IMG/VR virus record: IMGVR_UViG_3300033067_001807
Location: 17,498-81,497 of that record
DNA: 64,000 nucleotides
Reading direction: 5' to 3' (one strand)
DNA from: a virus
Lineage: Duplodnaviria; Caudoviricetes
Shown here in pieces: positions 39,889 to 49,161 of the stretch. Under the pieces are notes generated by a model, which was not told where the DNA came from, did no database searches, and was given only the letters and a program-made list of their open reading frames with translations. The translations under genes were made by a program, and so were the position numbers. Numbering within the stretch: position 1 is the first letter of the stretch; every line of letters starts with the position of its first letter.

Positions 39889-39969
39889 TTATAATTATAG
39901 TGTAAATATAAATAAAAAATGCCAAACAAAAAAATATTTGGCAATTTATTTACAAAAAAGTTATTAATA
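39889..39969 (-). promoter_or_regulatory. Terminator plus early-promoter cassette
   Basis: TATTAATAAC box, GCCAAA/TTTGGC hairpin, then TATATTTACACTATAATT. Confidence 0.68.
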
Positions 39970-40791
39970 ATTTACTCTAATTGATTTATCTATAAGAATA
40001 TCAATCTCCCATTCAATGTTTTTACCCTGCAGTGCCGTATCGTAATGATTGGCAAGTCCTGCATTTTTATTTTGTTCACTATTTCTTTGTGAATATTGTG
40101 TATATTTAGATCTGACGTAATCAGCTCCCATATATTTGTAATGTAATAATTTTATTGGAAAATTATTAAAAGTTTCTAATACTTCAAATTGCATTTTCCA
40201 CCTGCCCCATGGATGTCCATTCCATTCACCAACTGGTCTAATTTCTTTGGGAACTGGGTGTAAGATTTCTCCTTCAAATTCAGAGTTTAATTCAATCTCA
40301 TGACAGCCTTCAATCCATTTCATCGATTTAATTTTATTTGGATTAATTAGAATAGGTTTTGAGTACCATGGATCTGGAACACCATGATTTATTTGTTCAT
40401 ATATCTGAATATCTTCTTCTGGAAAGTGATGTGAAACCATTTGAAAACCGGCTGGAAATATCACTGAAGAATCATTTGTTTGTAAGAATTCTATAATATT
40501 GGGATGGCATATAAATTCGTCACAATCACTTACTATAATATAATCTGCATTTCCTTTAGCATTTTCAATACATTGATGCTTTAAATCAAGGTGAACATAA
40601 TCATTGAAAGTTTCGCCTGTATTATATTGTATCACTTCAACCTTTGGATGTTTCTCACATATCCTTAGAGTGTTGTCTGTTGATTGATTATCTAAGACTA
40701 TTATTCTTTCACAAAACTGAGAATAGTGTCTTAGATAGTAAGGAAGCATCTTCTCCTCATTCCAAACAGTAACGTATGCCCATACTTTCAT
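39964..40791 (-). CDS. Glycosyltransferase family 2 (GT-A)
   Basis: YVTVWNEEKMLPYYLRHY, VLDNQSTDNT, IVSDCDEF. Confidence 0.85.
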   Translation of the reverse strand: MKVWAYVTVWNEEKMLPYYLRHYSQFCERIIVLDNQSTDNTLRICEKHPKVEVIQYNTGETFNDYVHLDLKHQCIENAKGNADYIIVSDCDEFICHPNIIEFLQTNDSSVIFPAGFQMVSHHFPEEDIQIYEQINHGVPDPWYSKPILINPNKIKSMKWIEGCHEIELNSEFEGEILHPVPKEIRPVGEWNGHPWGRWKMQFEVLETFNNFPIKLLHYKYMGADYVRSKYTQYSQRNSEQNKNAGLANHYDTALQGKNIEWEIDILIDKSIRVNY

Positions 40792-40795
40792 AATA

Positions 40796-41518
40796 CTAAA
40801 GTATTGGAAGATATGAGAGCCTTAACATAACATTCATTGTGGATTTTACGTCAGCCTCACAATATTCTTTTATTTTTTCAAGATTTCCATTCCAATATTC
40901 TTCAGTAGTTTCATTGCCTTTCATAATGGATTTCGGAGATGGAATGTTTAATGTATCACATATTAAATCTAATGAAGCGCTATTCCAACCCGCAAACTTC
41001 CAAACCTCATACGTATCTAATAGACAGTTTTCCCAAGGTTTTTTATTTTGTAAGTGAAATTGTGAAGGGGTTTGAATACCATATACAAGGGCTCTCTTAA
41101 TTAAAAACGGAAAATCAAAGTTTTTAATATTATGTCCTGCAAATTGAACATTTGGATTTTTTTTGAAAATTGCCTGAGCAGTTCCCATAAACTCCCTTAA
41201 GAATTCTGCCTCATCGTCTCCGTAAAATGATCTGATTTTTTCTGCAATTGGATTTCCATTTTCATCAAATTGAATTTGACCTATTGAGACTGTAATAATT
41301 TTTGCAAATTCAGGATGTAACGCTGCATTTTTTAAATATAGATCAGCATCACTTAATTCTGCCAAATCAACCTCGGTTCTTCTATAATTATCTGCTTTTT
41401 TTATCCAATGAATTACAGCACCAGGCCTTTGCTCGCAAAATTCACTATAGTATTTAAATTCTGAAACTGTCTCAATGTCAATAAATAACATTGATTTTAA
41501 ATTGGATACGCTATACAT
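40796..41518 (-). CDS. DnaQ/PolB-type 3'-5' exonuclease
   Basis: FIDIETV (ExoI), GHNIKNFDFPF (ExoII), YCEADV (ExoIII); start reassigned to the ATG overlapping the upstream stop. Confidence 0.88.
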   Translation of the reverse strand: MYSVSNLKSMLFIDIETVSEFKYYSEFCEQRPGAVIHWIKKADNYRRTEVDLAELSDADLYLKNAALHPEFAKIITVSIGQIQFDENGNPIAEKIRSFYGDDEAEFLREFMGTAQAIFKKNPNVQFAGHNIKNFDFPFLIKRALVYGIQTPSQFHLQNKKPWENCLLDTYEVWKFAGWNSASLDLICDTLNIPSPKSIMKGNETTEEYWNGNLEKIKEYCEADVKSTMNVMLRLSYLPIL

Positions 41519-41747
41519 CTTTTTCGTTATTAGAAATGTTATAAATTGATATTGGATATTTACTAGATTTTCTGCCTTCTCTCTCGTTAATAAACCAGAA
41601 ATATGGATGTCCATGTATTTTTGCTAATGAATTACATTTTTCAATAATAGGACCATACATAAGAGAACCTGCAAATCTAAAAAAGTATTTTTCACCGATC
41701 TTTGGATTTTTAACTTTAATCTCTTGGATTTTTTTATCTTTTGCCAT
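41511..41747 (-). CDS. Hypothetical protein
   Basis: 78-aa packed ORF. Confidence 0.6.
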   Translation of the reverse strand: MAKDKKIQEIKVKNPKIGEKYFFRFAGSLMYGPIIEKCNSLAKIHGHPYFWFINEREGRKSSKYPISIYNISNNEKDV

Positions 41748-41777
41748 ATAGTATTATATACAAAGAATAAAAATTGT

Positions 41778-41999
41778 TTAAATTTGATTTGAAATGCACG
41801 ATGTGTCAGTACATTGTCTAAGTTTTAAGTATCTTTCAAATGTAATTGATAATTCAATCCAACCCCCTGTAATTGATTCAGGTATATTTGAATTATCGGT
41901 AAAGTAGTGTGGCGCGTTTTCAATACGGTCTAAAAGGAAGTCAACCATGCGATCAACTTCCATATTATGAACCCATATTTTTACAAACGTATTATTCAT
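41778..41999 (-). CDS. Hypothetical protein
   Basis: ATG at 41999 overlaps the GT stop (ATGAATAA). Confidence 0.55.
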   Translation of the reverse strand: MNNTFVKIWVHNMEVDRMVDFLLDRIENAPHYFTDNSNIPESITGGWIELSITFERYLKLRQCTDTSCISNQI

Positions 42000-43842
42000 T
42001 TTCGTTATATACAATGTTTGCTGCCATTTCTTCTTCTCCAAATCTTGGCATAACGTCTAATGGATTATTTGGATTTTCCTCATACGCCCAATCCTTTAAT
42101 CCAAGTTCTTCAAATCTTTCTTTGATTTTTTCATTATAATATCCTCCAATAGTTCTTACTCTTCTTTGGATATCAGCTCTTGCTAAATCATGTGTGTTTT
42201 GTCCAGTTGCATTATTATATAAAAATTGAATATAACCAAGTTTCGGAATTTTACATGTTACTGTTTTTAGGAAAGTTCTTACAATTAATTCATAATCATC
42301 TGCAATGGCAAGATTTCTATTGTGTCCTCCAATTTCAAAATAAGTAGAACGTCTCCATGCTCTTACGTGATTTGGAACACCCACAATATGTCTAATTGTT
42401 TTTGGATTAAGATTATGTTGAGTTGCAACTTTCATCATTTGCCCATTATACATCTCATCTCTGTATTTTCCATATGCAAATGCAAATCCATCAGGATATG
42501 TTTGACACTCCCAATTTTCATTAACCTCTAATGTGTCATTGAAAAAGAAGCCAGCTTCAGGATGTTTCTTTGCTGCCTTGTATAAATCTTCAGTACACCA
42601 TGGAACCAATAAATCATCATGGTCTAATTCTGCAAGAATAAATCCCTTTGCCATACAATTTGCTCTCCATTTTACTTCACCTATGTTTCCTCCACTCTTC
42701 TCTCTAAAGTCATATACTTTAACACGAGGATCTCTTGCAGCAATATCTTCTGCTATCTTTAATGTTTTACCTCCATCTGTAGAGTCATTCACAAGCACCC
42801 ATTCCCAATTAGAATATGTTTGCTGTTTTAATGATTCGTATGTATTATATAATTTCTCCTTTGTATTATATATTGGAGTGGTATATGAAATTAAATTTGA
42901 ATCTTCAATGGAATCATTATCAAGCATAGTATACATCGAAGAAACATATGCACGGTCCCCTACTTCCGCATCCAATATATCCAATGGAATGTTTATCCAT
43001 TTTCTACGAAATTGTAGAGACATATTCGCCATATTTGGAAATTCTTGCCAAGACTCTCCTCTTGTTATTATGATGTCTGGTTTAAATATAGATAAAATGG
43101 ATTCTATGTTTTCATCACTCTTTAAATATTTTACATTTAGGTTATCTGCCTCATACCATAAATATTTGATTGATTTTAAATCGGGTTCGTCTAATCCAAT
43201 ATATAAAACTTTAGGTACATTTGCTGATGCCTTTTTTTCTAAATAATTATAATGAGAATATATTGTAGGTGTAAACGTAAATGATTCTGGCATTTTTTTA
43301 AATACATCACTTATAAGAATTCCATCAGCACAATAATCCGGTTTGAATTTATATCCATGTTTGTTATAGACATCAACATGTGAGATATATTGGGCAAGAT
43401 CTATGCCACCTTTTTTCATATTATGTGCAACCGCTAATCTGTAATCTAATCCAGTAAAGTCCTTTCCGGCAACATTCTGTGAAACAACATGAACAAGTTT
43501 TTCAGGAAATATATTTGACATTTCCAGTACATATTCATAAAATCCATCGTGTACTATGTTATCATCATCAACAAAATAAACCCAACCCTCTTTAAATTTT
43601 GAAATTATATTAGAACATTGTGGATATAACATTCCTACTTTATCTCCCTTTTCAAAATAATATTGTGTAGAATCGTCCTTTAAATCAGATAGTAATTCAG
43701 CATCAATATCCTTCAATGACGATGTATCGAAGACAACGTGCCATTTAATATCGATTCCGATTGGAATACTGTTAAATACAGATTCTTTAACTATTTTTAA
43801 ATTTTGAAGTCTTGTACTTCTTGTAATTATATTGATTATCAT
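41992..43842 (-). CDS. Two-domain glycosyltransferase (GT-A + GT2)
   Basis: N-domain WVYFVDDDN; C-domain YTTPIYN, WEWVLVNDSTD, LAELDHDD, IADDYEL. Confidence 0.88.
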   Translation of the reverse strand: MIINIITRSTRLQNLKIVKESVFNSIPIGIDIKWHVVFDTSSLKDIDAELLSDLKDDSTQYYFEKGDKVGMLYPQCSNIISKFKEGWVYFVDDDNIVHDGFYEYVLEMSNIFPEKLVHVVSQNVAGKDFTGLDYRLAVAHNMKKGGIDLAQYISHVDVYNKHGYKFKPDYCADGILISDVFKKMPESFTFTPTIYSHYNYLEKKASANVPKVLYIGLDEPDLKSIKYLWYEADNLNVKYLKSDENIESILSIFKPDIIITRGESWQEFPNMANMSLQFRRKWINIPLDILDAEVGDRAYVSSMYTMLDNDSIEDSNLISYTTPIYNTKEKLYNTYESLKQQTYSNWEWVLVNDSTDGGKTLKIAEDIAARDPRVKVYDFREKSGGNIGEVKWRANCMAKGFILAELDHDDLLVPWCTEDLYKAAKKHPEAGFFFNDTLEVNENWECQTYPDGFAFAYGKYRDEMYNGQMMKVATQHNLNPKTIRHIVGVPNHVRAWRRSTYFEIGGHNRNLAIADDYELIVRTFLKTVTCKIPKLGYIQFLYNNATGQNTHDLARADIQRRVRTIGGYYNEKIKERFEELGLKDWAYEENPNNPLDVMPRFGEEEMAANIVYNENE

Positions 43843-43859
43843 ATTATATTATTAAGTTA

Positions 43860-44792
43860 TTATACGTCAAAGAAAAACATATGGAAAAATCTAGCGTTAT
43901 CAATTGCATCTCCAAAATATTGAGTTGCAGCATGGATATTTTTAGCATCAAATAAAACTAATCTATTATAGACATTTCCAACCTCATCTATTTTTTCAAA
44001 ATGAGTTCCATCATAAAAATTCATTTCAGCATTTTTACCTTGAAAGGCTCTTACGTAGTTTATTGTACTTCTTTTTTCATCATCAAATTTATAATCTCCA
44101 GTAACTTTACTTCTATAAAATGCGGTACCCGTTGATGGAGGTGCATTAGGCGTTAAAAATACCATACCAGCGTATGTTTGGTTATCGACATGGTATACTA
44201 TTGGTTGATCTGCTGTACAAAATTGAAATATTCCATTTGCGTATGAATCATGGTTCCAATTATAAATAGGTTTTCCGATAATAGACTCGAGTTTTTCTTT
44301 CATGCCAATTATTGAAAATCGACTAGTTGCTCTTTCTCCTTTATGATAATTAGATGGAGAGAATTTAATTTCCTTAATTGCCCATTCTCTAATAAAGTCA
44401 GGGTCATTATAAAAATTATCTACAACAATGATACCTTTGTCTTGATTTGCAAAACCAGTATAATATGCTAGCCACTTTGCAAGTGATTCGATTACAATTT
44501 CCTTTTCAACAAAATTACCCATGGATATAACAATAGGTTCGAATAGTTCACTACCATCGATTGTTATACTAAATCCTATTTGAGTACTTTCAATGTTAGG
44601 ATAAAATTGCTTTACATCTTTCCTTTCTGAAAATTTGTTAAACCTTTTTTTACCTACCTTTATCATAGATATTTCTCCTTTTTCTGAAAAAATCCAACCA
44701 TTAAAGGTATAGCTATTTTGATTTTGCTCTAATGAATCAACATACATTCGTATGTTATCATGTTTTGTAAAATGTGATATGATGTCTGCCAT
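43860..44792 (-). CDS. 2OG-Fe(II) oxygenase-like protein (DUF6445-like) with N-terminal extra domain
   Basis: IVVDNFYNDPD; HxD (YHVD); GTAFY; NRLVLFD; distal His (NIHAA); 2OG-binding Arg (ARFFH). Confidence 0.75.
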   Translation of the reverse strand: MADIISHFTKHDNIRMYVDSLEQNQNSYTFNGWIFSEKGEISMIKVGKKRFNKFSERKDVKQFYPNIESTQIGFSITIDGSELFEPIVISMGNFVEKEIVIESLAKWLAYYTGFANQDKGIIVVDNFYNDPDFIREWAIKEIKFSPSNYHKGERATSRFSIIGMKEKLESIIGKPIYNWNHDSYANGIFQFCTADQPIVYHVDNQTYAGMVFLTPNAPPSTGTAFYRSKVTGDYKFDDEKRSTINYVRAFQGKNAEMNFYDGTHFEKIDEVGNVYNRLVLFDAKNIHAATQYFGDAIDNARFFHMFFFDV

Positions 44793-44841
44793 AATTATTA
44801 TATAGATGAATCTAGATTAGTTTATTATTATATTATATGAT

Positions 44842-44849
44842 TATATATC
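44842..44849 (-). promoter_or_regulatory. Putative late promoter
   Basis: GATATATA just downstream of the terminator and upstream of the oxygenase. Confidence 0.5.
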
Positions 44850-44852
44850 AAT

Positions 44853-44879
44853 AAAAAAGGGGACCGATTAGGTCCCCTT
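44853..44879 (-). terminator. Intrinsic terminator after the collagen gene
   Basis: GGGGACC-TAATC-GGTCCCC followed by T6. Confidence 0.85.
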
Positions 44880-44899
44880 AGTTTTAATGTGAAATTAGA

Positions 44900-46888
44900 T
44901 TATTTTTTAAGTAAATCAATTTCTGCCTTTAATTCATTAATTGCTTGAATTAATAATGGTACAATTTTTTCATATTGTACAGTGATATAGTTTTCACCAG
45001 TTTTAGAATTTCCATTCTCATCCATATCAAATGGTGCTGGTTTAATAACTTCAGGTAATACTTCTTGAAGTTCCTGTGCGATAACTCCAACCTGTTGTCT
45101 ATAATCATTATATCCATACTCTTCAGCTAATTTGTTTTGAGTATAAGATACACCTCTTATTTTTCCAACCTTTTCAAGAGCGTTTTCAATAGGCTTAATA
45201 TTATCCTTAAGTCTTCTATCTGAATAGAATGCGATAATATCGTTTGTTGCTACTATTTGTCCTCCAGTTCCAGTTGGTCCAACACCAACCCCTAAAGAGT
45301 TAAAATGCCAGTTGGATCCCCAACCACCACCACCGGCAGGACCGGTTGCTCCGGTTGCTCCAGTTGCTCCAGTAGGACCAGTCGGACCTTGTGGACCAGT
45401 TGCACCCGTACCTCCAGTTGCTCCAGTAAATCCTTGGAAACCTCTAGCACCCTGTGCTCCAGTTGTTCCAATACCTCCAGTAGGACCAGTAGGACCAGTA
45501 GGACCCTGAACACCTTGTGCTCCAGTACCTCCAGTTGCTCCAGTAGGACCAGTAAATCCTTGTGCTCCAGTAGGACCAGTTGCTCCAGTAGGACCAGTAA
45601 ATCCTTGTGCTCCAGTTGCTCCTTGTGCACCATTTGTTCCATTAGTTCCAGCAGCACCTTGGAATCCTTGGTCTCCTTTTGCCCCAGTTGCTCCAACAGC
45701 ACCTTGTGTACCAGTTGCACCAGCAACTCCTTGGAATCCCTGTGCACCATTAGTTCCATTAGTTCCAGCAACACCCTGTGCTCCAGTTGCTCCTTGTGCA
45801 CCATTTGTTCCAGCAGCACCTTGGAATCCTTGGTCTCCTTTTGCTCCAACGGCACCCTGTGCTCCAGTTGCTCCTTGTGCACCATTAGTTCCAGCAGCAC
45901 CTTGGAATCCTTGGTCTCCTTTTGCTCCAACATCACCTTGTGCTCCAGTAATACCTTGAATACCTTGATCTCCTTTAGCACCTTGTGCTCCAGTAAATCC
46001 CTGGTCTCCTTTAGGACCAACCACATTTTGGTTAGATACTGGCGTTTGACCATTATCTAATGATATTGTTAATAAACCATTGTTTAATGATACATTGTTT
46101 ACAGAAACTCCATTAAATCCTTGGTCTCCTTTAGCACCTTGTGCTCCAGTTTCTCCAGTAAATCCTTGATCTCCTTTGATACCCTGAATACCTTGTTCTC
46201 CTTGGTCTCCCTTGAATCCTTGATCTCCTTTAAGACCCTGTTCTCCTTGAATACCCTGAATACCTTGAATACCTTGTTCTCCTTGGTCTCCTTTGGCACC
46301 TTGTGCTCCAGTTTCTCCAGTAAATCCTTGATCTCCTTTGATACCTTGAATACCTTGTTCTCCTTGGTCTCCTTTAGCACCTTGTGCTCCAGTTTCTCCA
46401 GTAAATCCTTGGTCTCCTTTAAGACCCTGTTCTCCTTGAATACCCTGAATACCTTGTTCTCCTTGGTCTCCTTTGGCACCTTGTGCTCCAGTTTCTCCAG
46501 TAAATCCTTGATCTCCTTTGATACCTTGAATACCTTGTTCTCCTTGGTCTCCTTTAGCACCTTGTGCTCCAGTAAATCCTTGGTCTCCTTTAAGACCCTG
46601 TTCTCCTTGAATACCTTGAATACCTTGTTCTCCTTGGTCTCCTTTGATACCTTGAATACCTTGTTCTCCTTGGTCTCCTTTAGCTCCTTGGTCACCAACT
46701 AAACCTTGAATACCTTGTATTCCTTGTTCTCCTTGATCGCCTTTATCTCCCTTAGAACCTTGGTCTCCTTTAGCGCCTTGGTCTCCAACTAAACCTTGAA
46801 TACCTTGTATTCCTTGTTCTCCTTGAAGTCCTTGGTCACCTTTAAATCCCTGTGGTCCCGCGGTAGAAATGTACGGTGTTATTGCCAT
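44900..46888 (-). CDS. Collagen-like fibre protein with C-terminal intramolecular chaperone (peptidase S74-like)
   Basis: Two long Gly-X-Y domains; [11 protein letters not shown]...[14 protein letters not shown]...[18 protein letters not shown]. Confidence 0.92.
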   Translation of the reverse strand: MAITPYISTAGPQGFKGDQGLQGEQGIQGIQGLVGDQGAKGDQGSKGDKGDQGEQGIQGIQGLVGDQGAKGDQGEQGIQGIKGDQGEQGIQGIQGEQGLKGDQGFTGAQGAKGDQGEQGIQGIKGDQGFTGETGAQGAKGDQGEQGIQGIQGEQGLKGDQGFTGETGAQGAKGDQGEQGIQGIKGDQGFTGETGAQGAKGDQGEQGIQGIQGIQGEQGLKGDQGFKGDQGEQGIQGIKGDQGFTGETGAQGAKGDQGFNGVSVNNVSLNNGLLTISLDNGQTPVSNQNVVGPKGDQGFTGAQGAKGDQGIQGITGAQGDVGAKGDQGFQGAAGTNGAQGATGAQGAVGAKGDQGFQGAAGTNGAQGATGAQGVAGTNGTNGAQGFQGVAGATGTQGAVGATGAKGDQGFQGAAGTNGTNGAQGATGAQGFTGPTGATGPTGAQGFTGPTGATGGTGAQGVQGPTGPTGPTGGIGTTGAQGARGFQGFTGATGGTGATGPQGPTGPTGATGATGATGPAGGGGWGSNWHFNSLGVGVGPTGTGGQIVATNDIIAFYSDRRLKDNIKPIENALEKVGKIRGVSYTQNKLAEEYGYNDYRQQVGVIAQELQEVLPEVIKPAPFDMDENGNSKTGENYITVQYEKIVPLLIQAINELKAEIDLLKK
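45325..46860. repeat. Imperfect 9-bp-periodic tandem repeats encoding Gly-X-Y
   Basis: Recurrent blocks such as ccttgttctccttggtctcctt and ccttgtgctccagt. Confidence 0.9.
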
Positions 46889-46917
46889 TGTTTTTCTATT
46901 TTTTTTTATTTAATTTA

Positions 46918-47676
46918 TTAGTCTAATGAAGATTTTTCATATACTAGATCTATTATATCACTTTCGCCTATTGCGTATCCAGTAACATTTGAGTTCCAGT
47001 ATAAAGTGTCTCCCGCTGATAATGTTGCAATCGATTTTGCGGTTGCACCTCCGTCGTTTGAAAAGTAAACTTCTCCATCTCTATTACCGTAAGATTCAGT
47101 TACTGCAATACCATTAATATACACCTGTACTGTTGAATCAGAGAATGGTGTGTAATCTAACGTAATTCCAGTTGATGCATAGTTTCCATCAGTAAATAAT
47201 GAAGGAGATGATTGAGTGTGCTCCTGTCCTTGGGCAGTTGGTACTGCTCCTAAACTTGGTCTCCATGGAAGTACTTGTGCTGTTTCAGATGTAATAGCCT
47301 GAATAATAGGGTTGCTGTAGGTAAAATTAGGATTTGACGTTGAAACGTGCTCTACCATAGTACCATTACCGCTCTCATCGACAACATAGAATTTTCCAGG
47401 AGTTAGACCCCATTCAGAAACTTCGATATTACCGATTTGAACTGCAACAAACGTGTCGGTTGTAACACTTTCAACAACAAGTCTACCTAGTTTATCAGCT
47501 GCGGATGCATCTGCTAAAATCCAAGATCCATTAAGAAATGCAATAACATTTCCTGCTGCAAAACCATGACCTACTTGTGAGTAAGTTGACTTCAAAGACC
47601 CAGATTCTAACCTAGCATTGATTGCGTTTAGGGTAGTTTGTAAACCCTCAATCTGCTTGATTTTAATTTGTGACAT
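46918..47676 (-). CDS. Virion fibre-associated protein
   Basis: MSQIKIKQI start; C-terminal VQVYING...GYAIGESDIIDLVY domain shared with 50442 and 52390. Confidence 0.6.
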   Translation of the reverse strand: MSQIKIKQIEGLQTTLNAINARLESGSLKSTYSQVGHGFAAGNVIAFLNGSWILADASAADKLGRLVVESVTTDTFVAVQIGNIEVSEWGLTPGKFYVVDESGNGTMVEHVSTSNPNFTYSNPIIQAITSETAQVLPWRPSLGAVPTAQGQEHTQSSPSLFTDGNYASTGITLDYTPFSDSTVQVYINGIAVTESYGNRDGEVYFSNDGGATAKSIATLSAGDTLYWNSNVTGYAIGESDIIDLVYEKSSLD

Positions 47677-47738
47677 AGATTTTTTGTTTTTTTATTTTTT
47701 TCTGCCCAAAGGATTATTTAGTTAACCCCGTTCATATC

Positions 47739-47747
47739 TATATATTC
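47739..47747 (-). promoter_or_regulatory. Putative late promoter of the 46918-collagen operon
   Basis: GAATATATA. Confidence 0.45.
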
Positions 47748-47812
47748 ATGAATGTTATTATTATGTTTACATTTTAATGGGAATATCTTAATATAATTTG
47801 AATAAATATGAT

Positions 47813-48397
47813 ATGAATGCAATACTAAAGAAACTTATTAGGGATTATAATTACTTGAAAGAGACATTGGATGATGTTAAGGATATTTCAAGCCTGGCAG
47901 AGGGCGAATTCAGGAATGCTCTATTAGAATCTGACCCGGAGGCAATGGAAGCGTTAAGGCCAAAGACACAAGAAATAAACATTGAAAATTCCGAAATTAG
48001 TAAATCCGAAGAGCCTATTATTGAAAATCACAATGATGTTAAATTTAAAAAGTTATTTAGAAAAATTGCAGTAAAATGTCATCCTGACAAACTACATGGT
48101 GGAATAGGAGAAGATATTGAATTTCTTAAAAAAGCGTATGAAGATTTAAATACAGCAAATGTAAACCATGACTGGGGTATGTTATTAAAACTGGCGATGG
48201 AACTTAATGTTGAATTTAACGAACTTGAAGAAAGTGAAATTAATAACATTAAAGAAAATATTGAAAAGTTACAGGAGCAAATACAAAGGTATGAGAATTC
48301 TATGGCGTATGCATGGTATACTAAAAATGACGAGAATTCTAAAAAAGAATATCTCGCCATTTGTGCTAGTATATTTAAAAAGTCATTGGATAATTAA
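47813..48397 (+). CDS. J-domain-containing coiled-coil protein
   Basis: KKLFRKIAVKCHPDKL (HPD motif) located centrally; ATG start chosen over TTG at 47798. Confidence 0.75.
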   Translation: MNAILKKLIRDYNYLKETLDDVKDISSLAEGEFRNALLESDPEAMEALRPKTQEINIENSEISKSEEPIIENHNDVKFKKLFRKIAVKCHPDKLHGGIGEDIEFLKKAYEDLNTANVNHDWGMLLKLAMELNVEFNELEESEINNIKENIEKLQEQIQRYENSMAYAWYTKNDENSKKEYLAICASIFKKSLDN

Positions 48398-49161
48398 AGA
48401 TCCCATAAATCCACATAGTGACATCTTACATATATAGGTCTGTCATATACCATTCCTCTTGGATTTTCATCACGTAATCTTTTATTAAAATCGACGTCTT
48501 CACTAATACCTATAGAATCTCTCCATTTTGTGTTACACTCTGATTTATGCATTAGTAACCATGGGGCCATTACGGCCATACCTGGTTTTACGATTGTTTT
48601 TGTCCATTTACCATGAAGACCTTCTATTTCTTTATCGTTTTCATGATTACTTGCAAATAATTCTCGACTGTCTGGCCAATTTGCCTTTTCATTATCATAC
48701 CATTCAGTATTAATCCACCATGAAAGCTCAGGGTTTATATTATATGTAAGTAATAAAGTTAGTGTAAATTCGGGTAATAGAACGTCATCCGAATCCATAT
48801 AAGTTATTAATTCACCAGTTGCTGCTCCTACACCAACTCTTCTTGCAAATCCTCTATAATATTTATGCCCATTCTCATTTACATCATACATACTTGGGGT
48901 ATCTCTATCTATGTATACGAATTTTATTGATGGATCTGTTTTAAACTCCCTAGCATACGTCTGGTGTGTTTTAGTACAGCCATCTGCTACAATAATCAAT
49001 TCACAGTTTTTATAGATTTGATTTTGAAAACTCCTTACTGCTCTTTTAAATTTTGCAATTGCGTCAGTTCTTGCTCCTGGATAATCTCCAAGATATGATT
49101 GCATAATAATCGATATTTTAGGTTTATCGATATTTTCCATTATTTCAATTAGTTCACTCAT
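48394..49161 (-). CDS. Glycosyltransferase family 2
   Basis: KISIIMQSY, ELIIVADG, TYMDSDD, EDVDF; TAATG-coupled to the DUF2827 gene. Confidence 0.85.
   Translation of the reverse strand: MSELIEIMENIDKPKISIIMQSYLGDYPGARTDAIAKFKRAVRSFQNQIYKNCELIIVADGCTKTHQTYAREFKTDPSIKFVYIDRDTPSMYDVNENGHKYYRGFARRVGVGAATGELITYMDSDDVLLPEFTLTLLLTYNINPELSWWINTEWYDNEKANWPDSRELFASNHENDKEIEGLHGKWTKTIVKPGMAVMAPWLLMHKSECNTKWRDSIGISEDVDFNKRLRDENPRGMVYDRPIYVRCHYVDLWDL

Noticed and set aside
39879-39944. N-terminal extension of the 39594 ORF given in the track
   Set aside because: The extension is the terminator and promoter cassette; the real start is the ATG at 39878
1271-43246. Numerous 60-240 aa plus-strand ORFs opposite minus-strand genes (for example 42533-43246, 33084-33416, 13831-14070)
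   Set aside because: Fully antisense to well-supported genes, with no independent motifs or start signals
45292-46702. ORFs 45292-46053, 45305-46060, 45312-45509, 46099-46698 and 46121-46702 overlapping the collagen gene
   Set aside because: Alternative-frame and antisense shadows created by stop-free Gly-X-Y repeat DNA
45325-46860. Possible CRISPR array or DGR template from recurring DNA blocks
   Set aside because: The repeats are in-frame collagen codons with no unique spacers, no adenine-specific divergence and no nearby reverse transcriptase
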